A DNA stretch of 64,000 nt from Paramecium tetraurelia (Eukaryota), in assembly GCA_000165425.1 (NCBI GenBank), contig CT868675.1, forward strand, positions 1-64,000, in the 5' to 3' direction. Below are positions 56,661-64,000 of the stretch, one piece after another. Every line of letters begins with the position of its first letter. The stretch's first letter is position 1. The notes below the pieces were generated by a model, which ran no database searches, was not told the DNA's origin, and saw only the letters and a list, made by a program, of their open reading frames with translations. Position numbers and translations under genes: made by a program.

Positions 56661-59552
56661 TCAAAAATCTAAATATTAAACTGCTGCTCCTATATCTATT
56701 AAATCAAATGGTTTTGCAATGAAGTAATCGGCACCATTCTTAAAGCATTCCAATTTCAAATTCAAATCAGCAAATGTTGAAATAATTATTGCAAATCCTT
56801 TATCAATCAATCCCATTTTCATCTAACTCTTCAAGAATTTCATAAGTTCGATTCCCGATAAAAGCTACAAATTTGTTTGATATATATAATATAATTACTG
56901 GCAGATGAAATTCTATGAAAAATAACAAGTACGACCTGTTCCCACAATGGCAAGGCTTGATTTACTTATTCGAAATCATCTATTAAGCCTCCACTCCATT
57001 GAAGGCCCTGTCACATTTGATGTTATATTTCTCTAGTACCTTCTGTAATGATAATACACTGTAATGATCATTATCAACTATTAACACTTTGGAACAACAA
57101 GTCAACCTCAGTCGATATTTAATGACTGAAGGCAGCAACTTAGGAGTGAATTCAGGAGGATGTATAGAGGGAATGCTTTGTTCCAATCCTTCATACGCTG
57201 AATGAGAGTCTTATTGAGATTCACTTCTTTCATTCCTACTCTTCTTATATGTCTATTAAACGATATCAGGAAACCCTTGTTTCCAAGTTCCAGAATAGCT
57301 GATTGTCTACTCTTTAGATTATTTGGGAACTGACCCAGAATTCTAGACCTATCTAGAATTTGATGAGTCTTATTTGATCCTGGAGATTTGGGAGAAGTAC
57401 GCGCTGTGAGCATCTAGGCCCTCTCCAGGTTTCATAGAGAATTACTTCGATAATTGGCTTAACGTGTAGTATCTAATGATGCAGATATTATACTTTGACT
57501 CTTCTCTATAGCCACTGCTGTCTTGGGCCAACATTAAGGATAAGGATGTTTCATAATATTTTCTTTGTCCTATGATTTTAATTGGCCCTGTATCTTGATG
57601 ACTCTACATCCTCTACGAACTGGATTGGGATTCAACTACAAAAGTGAATGTCCCGCATCCCTAACTGTCATAAAGGAAATCGATTCCTCTTTTGAAAGTG
57701 CCACTCAATTAGAAACATAATATCACACAAATTTAGAGTTCTAATAAATTATTTAGATCCACCTAATAAAATGATGAGGTTTTCAGAGATGAGTTCAAAG
57801 TTTTTATGAGGGCAGAGATAGATTTCCTGAGGCTTTCATCTTTGGCAATCATGCTATCTTTGAATGAAATCATAATTCCACTAACCGTATAACTTTTGAT
57901 GTCCAATTTCAAGGATGATCCTGAAGTGTACTTCAAACAATATGTTAATAAACAAGCTAAAATTTGTTTTAACTATTTTTAAACATTATAGTGTACTCTA
58001 TCAATATCACTGAATAACACTTAATTGTTATCACTCAAATCTATTGAGGTTATTAGATTCACATCTCTGATCTTTAAATTATCCTCGTATAAATTCACTA
58101 TCTCTTCCACGATATCACTCACTCTAAATGCTGAGATCTTCAAAAACAACTAGTTTTGGATGTAGAAAATATAATCTCTCATGCTGTTTACAAATAAGAA
58201 GAACCTCTAACTTATTAATTTGATTGGTGTGTAATAATTCTATTTTAGGGATATTTTTAGAGTGTTCTCATGGTCACTTTATGTCAATAAAATTAGAGTT
58301 AAAATACAGTTAATATAACTTACTGATTCATGCACAAAAGTAGTGATTACATTGATTATTGGGAGGTTGCTTTCGTCACTCTTCTTTTGCACTGGTTTCT
58401 AATCAAAGAGGAAAAAGACATAGGAATTCTCATTGATCTTATTCACAAAGGCTTTGACTTGGACATTCTCAAAATCGAGCATCTCACTCTTCAATGCAAA
58501 CAGAGTCACCATACACGTTCGCCATCTCTTTATATCCAAGTAAACTACTTATCGAACTCATTTTGCATCATCAAAGTCAGGTCACGTATTGTCAGTTTCG
58601 ATTTCAATCGGCACTTGTGATAATCATTCACTCTATTCAACAGGAAAGAACCACTTGAATTAATCAATTAGTAAATACTCGCTATTCAGTGACTAATCAA
58701 CAACGTTATTAATCTCTATTAATTCTTTACTCCCCAACAAAATCTAACTGCTTAAGAATTGCTCCTCATAATCAGGCTTTGACTATTACTAGGTTTGTAA
58801 TTCATCCAAAGTAGATTGTTTCAATAACTTTCCTAAAAATATATTCTAATAAACAATGTTTAGCTTATTGTTGTAAACCAACACTGATTGATTTTATATC
58901 CATGCAACATGTTGTAAAATCTACTCATCCTCATTACTCTCTATTTTCAGAGGATTCAATTCTTGCAACATTGATTACTGTTGATTCACTCTACTTCCAA
59001 TATCCCTATTGTTTATCGATTCCTTCACTACATATCATTGTTATCAATACATTGAGTCGACTTCTGTTTCAGTTCCTTCTCAAGATACACATCCTCCCTT
59101 TTTGTGTTCGTACATTTCATAAACAGAAACCCAAACCATATTACTATGTTGAAAAATAACAAAATGCTGTTCGGTATCGTTGTGATGTAATTTGTCTCCT
59201 GATCCTATATTATGTTAATCAACAGTGCTGTTCCCAAGCAAAAACACTTCAACAGTTCATCCTCCAACAAATGAGTCATAATTAAACAAAATTGACTCGT
59301 TTCCACATTCATAGATACTTAGATCAAAATTATTAGTAATTTCAACTTCCAAAAAACATTTACTTAGTTGTAATCTTTAAATTTTGCCACAAAAAATGCT
59401 ACTCCAGAAATGAAATTCAAAATTAAAGGAATTATTGAGTCCATTCCCTAAGATTGTTGTAAACCTAAAATAGATAACTACTCACCTAATAACAGGGCAA
59501 AGAATATTTAAAGTTCTTGTAGAAACAATTTTCCTACACCTACCTTTTCCAT
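56661..59552 (-). CDS. Membrane hybrid histidine-kinase-like protein with atypical receiver domain
   Basis: N-term TM helices; H-box-like [10 protein letters not shown]; degenerate HATPase ([14 protein letters not shown]); receiver KVLIVDND...FFIEFHLP...GADYFIAKP. Confidence 0.85.
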
Positions 59553-60494
59553 TATTATAAATAGTTTTAATAAATATATATCTATCGATATTTGTAAACA
59601 ATTAAAAAAAAATCCCATTTTTAATAAGTATTCCTTAATTAAAATACTTAAAATCAACCTTTTTTAGTTTTAGATCCTGAACTTGTCATCATCTTTCAAA
59701 AATCAAAAGGGGATAAATTAAATTGTTTTATTAATATTCTAATTAAAACAAAAACTTTTGAGATATTTTAACAAATATAGGATGAAAAACATCTATACCA
59801 ACTAATTGGATATTCTCATATAGAAATACAGAATATAATCATTCCAAAATATTGGATTCGGAATGATTAGAATTAAATTCAAAAAAAAAACCAATATTAA
59901 TTGATGAGTCTAATTAAAGTACTCCTTTGATTAAGTATAGTAAATATCCTAAATTGAATTTCAGAGTAGACTCAGATTTAAAACTATATAAAATTGAAAT
60001 AACAAATACCTTGCTTAGAAGATTTCGTGAATATATTAAAATATTAAATATTGAGGTTTTTACTTATTATGTAGGTATCAACGAAAAGGATTTTCTAGAG
60101 GAATCTATTTATTCGTTCTATTTCCCATATATAATGGAACAATTGAACATTTTATGAATTTTTGAAGGAGATTTGTAATAGGAATACTAGTAAGATGGAA
60201 AAAATAAGAAAAAAAACTAAATCTCTATTGATCCTAAAGAAATCTAATTAAAAGTTTAGTGATTAACAAAGATTTTCGATTATTTTCAAATCAGTGATAC
60301 ATAAAATAGGTCTTTTTGGGTTATTAAATATTTGTTTTGCACTTAGAGAATGGTTGTGTAATCCTTCTATAAGCCTGTAGGATATTAAGGATTTATATAA
60401 TTAAATAAGATTTCCTTAACTGGAGGTATCACTAATTTTACTTAATATATATAATCTTCCAATTTTTAATTATTATCATCATGTTTACTTAAAG

Positions 60495-61346
60495 ATGTCC
60501 AGCAATTATGAAAAAAGTGGAATTCGGTAATATCACGGATGGCTTACAAAGACAAGGCTCGGAAAGAGAATTGATGAAGCAAAAGCACAATAATAACGAT
60601 GGGTCTTAGGAAAGGACGAAGCTAAAGTAAAATCATATGTGAATACTAGAATGTTAAATCAAAGACTGTAAACGCAGAGTAATGAAAATCCTATAAGAAC
60701 AGACTTGTCTACTGCAGAGGGATTGCAACTATAGGAGAATAAATCGGATGATAAAAAATAAAAATTTGACAAATTAAAAAGGTAACCACCAACCTTCTTT
60801 GAAAAGATTCCCAAGGATCCAATCACATTGATGAATTCAACTAGAAAAAATAAATACATCTAAATAAATATATTAGCGAAATCAAAATAAGCAGTAAAAG
60901 ATCATATAGTAAATCACAATTTACAACAGCAATCTCCAGCATAGGATTCTGCTGTTAGAGAACTTTTGGATAGTTTCCAGACTTAATTCAATTTTAGGAC
61001 TGCTATAGATGCCAAAAAGAAGAGACAGGTAGAAGATCTCAAAGCAAAATATCTTAAGACATTTTTCATAAAAAATATCCCCACCAGGGACAAAGTTGTT
61101 TACAAGTACTATGGGGAAAACCAATTTAATTGTTTCACAAATAGGGATGAACAGTATAAATTGTTTAGGAGTTAAATGAAAAATGAGTGTTCTCAAAAAC
61201 CATTTACCTAATCGTTTTAGACTCAAACTCAAACATTTTGTAATGAAAGTAATGGCTGCACTGGATATTGTTAGTATCTTAAGGAACTATACAAGAAGAA
61301 TCATTAGAGTCTTAAAAATTTGTCCGAACTAACCTCCTCGAATTGA
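60495..61346 (+). CDS. Hypothetical protein
   Basis: Intronless 284-codon frame MSSNYEKSG...ELTSSN*. Confidence 0.75.
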
Positions 61347-61375
61347 ATTATAAATTATTTATATTAAATAATTAG

Positions 61376-64000
61376 TCAGTTTTATAATAGCTTTTTTACT
61401 CTTTTAATTTTGGATGCAACAAAACATTTTATCGAATAAGGAGTACCAGAATTTAACTTTTTCCTTTTGAAATAGTTTTTTCTGTTTGAATCCAAAAATT
61501 TAACATAGCGATCAATAACTTGATTATAGTTGTTGTGTGGATAGTAAATTTTGTACTCCTGCATTTTTTCGAATTTGTTGAATAAAATATCATTAATAAA
61601 GTACCCTTGGTTCTATACTAAGAATTAATATTACCTCTGGAGTTGTTAAAGCTTAGAACTAGGACATTTAATTTGGAGTACTCTACTTGGTACCTGATTT
61701 TAGGCTCTTATTGTTGTTTAATTTGTTTTATTCACTGAGGGACTTGGAACTATTGATTTTCTTAACCCCTGGCTAATCTACAACTCTGTTTTGACTAGAT
61801 AATATGGATAGTTTCTATGATTTATTTTATCTGGAATTTGATGAAGGATTGTTGGAGATATCTTTAGACAATGAATTTGAATATGTATACGATCTATTTG
61901 AAGGTTGTCTTATGGATTATTTTAAAGTATTATGAGTTAATTGTTATTACTATTGCTGTTGTATTTGTTATTACTGATAAGAATCAGTTTTAATTGGATC
62001 TTCTTTGAGTAGGATTCCTGATGAGGCTTCTTTATAATACTGAAATGTTAGTTTGTTTTAATTATTGTTTCTCCCTGCAGGAAAGAGAACGGTTCTATCT
62101 TTAGTCATTTGAGCCTCCTATAGTTAATTCAGGATCTCCCTATCATCTTTCTCTATAACTGATAAATTATTCCCTAAATTTGTGATATTGTTGGGGTCGA
62201 AATTAATAGGGAACCCTGCAGTTTTTAAGGTTGTTTTATTTGAATTCTTTCTAATACTTTTTACTTATTGTTCTTATATTGGAATTGTTTGTTCATCCTG
62301 ACATTCTTATTCAATGTTAAATTGGTCTAAACTTTCTACATTTACATTGCTAGCTGATTGTTATTAATCAGGACTATAATTTTTCTATGCCAAAGAATTG
62401 CTTACAAAACTCACTGATTAATGTGTTTAATCTAGTTAATTTGTACAATTTACTTTCAGAATAGGGCAATTGGGAAGTTTCAGGCAAATCATCTGAGACC
62501 TACTCTTAACTCTATCTATTAGCATATTATCTGGCCTTATCCTGATTCAAACTCATATCTTGCCAAGCAAAATATTTTCTTAACCTCCTTGAATATTTTC
62601 TTCTTTGTTATTTTTCAGTATATAAATGTTTTTCGATTGCATTTATTCTTTAAGGAAAATATTATAAATGTCTACATTCTACTACGTAATGTCCTCTGAT
62701 TTTACAATAATAGCATTCAAATAACTTGGAATTATAAAACGCATTATCTTTCATTGTGCAAAATATTTCATTGTCTTTTGGATAATTCGATATTATTAAT
62801 GTGAAATCAGATCTCTTTATTTTCATCAATGTGGTGACTCCTGAACTGAAGATACTAATGTTTGAAGGAATCCCTGTAATAAAAGAATATTATCCAAAAG
62901 TTTATCCTTCACACAAAGTTGTTACTGCTCTTTTATTGGTACCAAAGGAAGAACCTTAAAATTAAACCTTAACTTATCCTTTTAAAATATAAAACAATCC
63001 CAAATCCTCTATTTGATGTTCCTTAAAATACTTATTATTTGTACAATTATGATATTGTCTTCTGGATTAAATGTCACTTATTCAATTTCATAAAGCAATT
63101 ATTATTTGAATTAAGGAGAGAATCTATTCATCAATTCAATCTTATCAATCATAGTTGATCTCAAAGACAGATCAATCTCATCCTCTAATTCAGGACTCAG
63201 CTTCTTAGTTAGTTGATCTTTCGTTTTGTTTAAATCTTCCTGAAAACATTAAAAATCTTATTTACATCTATTCTAAATTCTAAATACGAGTAACACCTTT
63301 TTAAAAGTCCATCATTTTCACATTTCTCCCTAAATCTTTCAACAAACCCTTTGAGTAGCTTTTGTTTCTCCTCTTCAATCTCTATATCTGGTTTAATCCA
63401 AATATAAATGATCATTGTTGTGTAAGCTAAACAAAGGTAAGATAGAACCATGTAAATGGATATCACTAATGAATTTTAACTAGTTATTTCAATGGCTAAA
63501 ATGCTAATGTCTATTTTACATATATTAGAACAATGGGTCAACAAGGAAATAGCAAAAGTAATACAAAAGTAAAGACTTGGATCCTCCTCGCAGTGAGAAA
63601 CTCTTATTGTTTTATATGTATACCTTGATAAATACAAGCAAAGGAAACTACTATTGACACCCACAGTTAGAATACAAAAATAAAATGGTGAGTGGACTTG
63701 TAGATATTTTCAAAATTTTCCACTTACCTAAAGAATTAGAATAGCATCATCAATAAGATCGCTACTAATTTTGCTCTGTTATCTATTTCAAAAACACTGC
63801 TTAGAGACAACAGGACAAGTCTTAAGATGTCGAATATTTTCTTTTTGTTATCCTTGTAATTGACTTTAATGATTCCCCTCGACAATTTGTAAGGGCCCCT
63901 TTAAAATATTAGGTCTTGGCAAATAGTTAGACATGCCAATCCATAAGCCATATAAGAAATGATTTTTATGATTTGGGAGACATCAAAAAATTAAGTAATT
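61376..64000 (-). CDS. Cyclic-nucleotide-binding-domain cation channel-like protein (5' partial)
   Basis: TM segments, C-linker KLSPELEDEI, CNBD LFYILKGQV...GQTFGQYSFITG, CYYCKIRGH...C motif, C-term FEKMQEYKIYYPHNN. Confidence 0.85.

Overview
AT-rich eukaryotic DNA, almost certainly the end of a Paramecium macronuclear chromosome. It starts with degenerate C4A2/C3A3 telomeric repeats. Genes read through only with the ciliate code (TAA/TAG = Gln, TGA = stop) and carry tiny 20-30 nt GT..AG introns, so the supplied standard-code ORF track is mostly fragments or antisense noise. Manual re-translation gives about 32 densely packed genes, including kinesin-8, LITAF, stomatin, an AGC kinase, a cytosolic carboxypeptidase, calpain, PME-1, SF-assemblin, centrin, PTEN, SHIPPO-repeat and B-box proteins, plus several decaying pseudogenes. 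The most notable observations are a two-hairpin H/ACA-type snoRNA candidate (30274-30406), a circularly permuted vWA protein, a Whirly-like protein, a stand-alone catalytically degenerate P4-ATPase head-to-head with a degenerate glutamine amidotransferase-fold protein, several more pseudoenzymes, and two convergent CDSs overlapping by 8 nt. Coordinates are hand-derived, include introns, and may be off at some ends. Domain calls come from motif recognition, not database searches.
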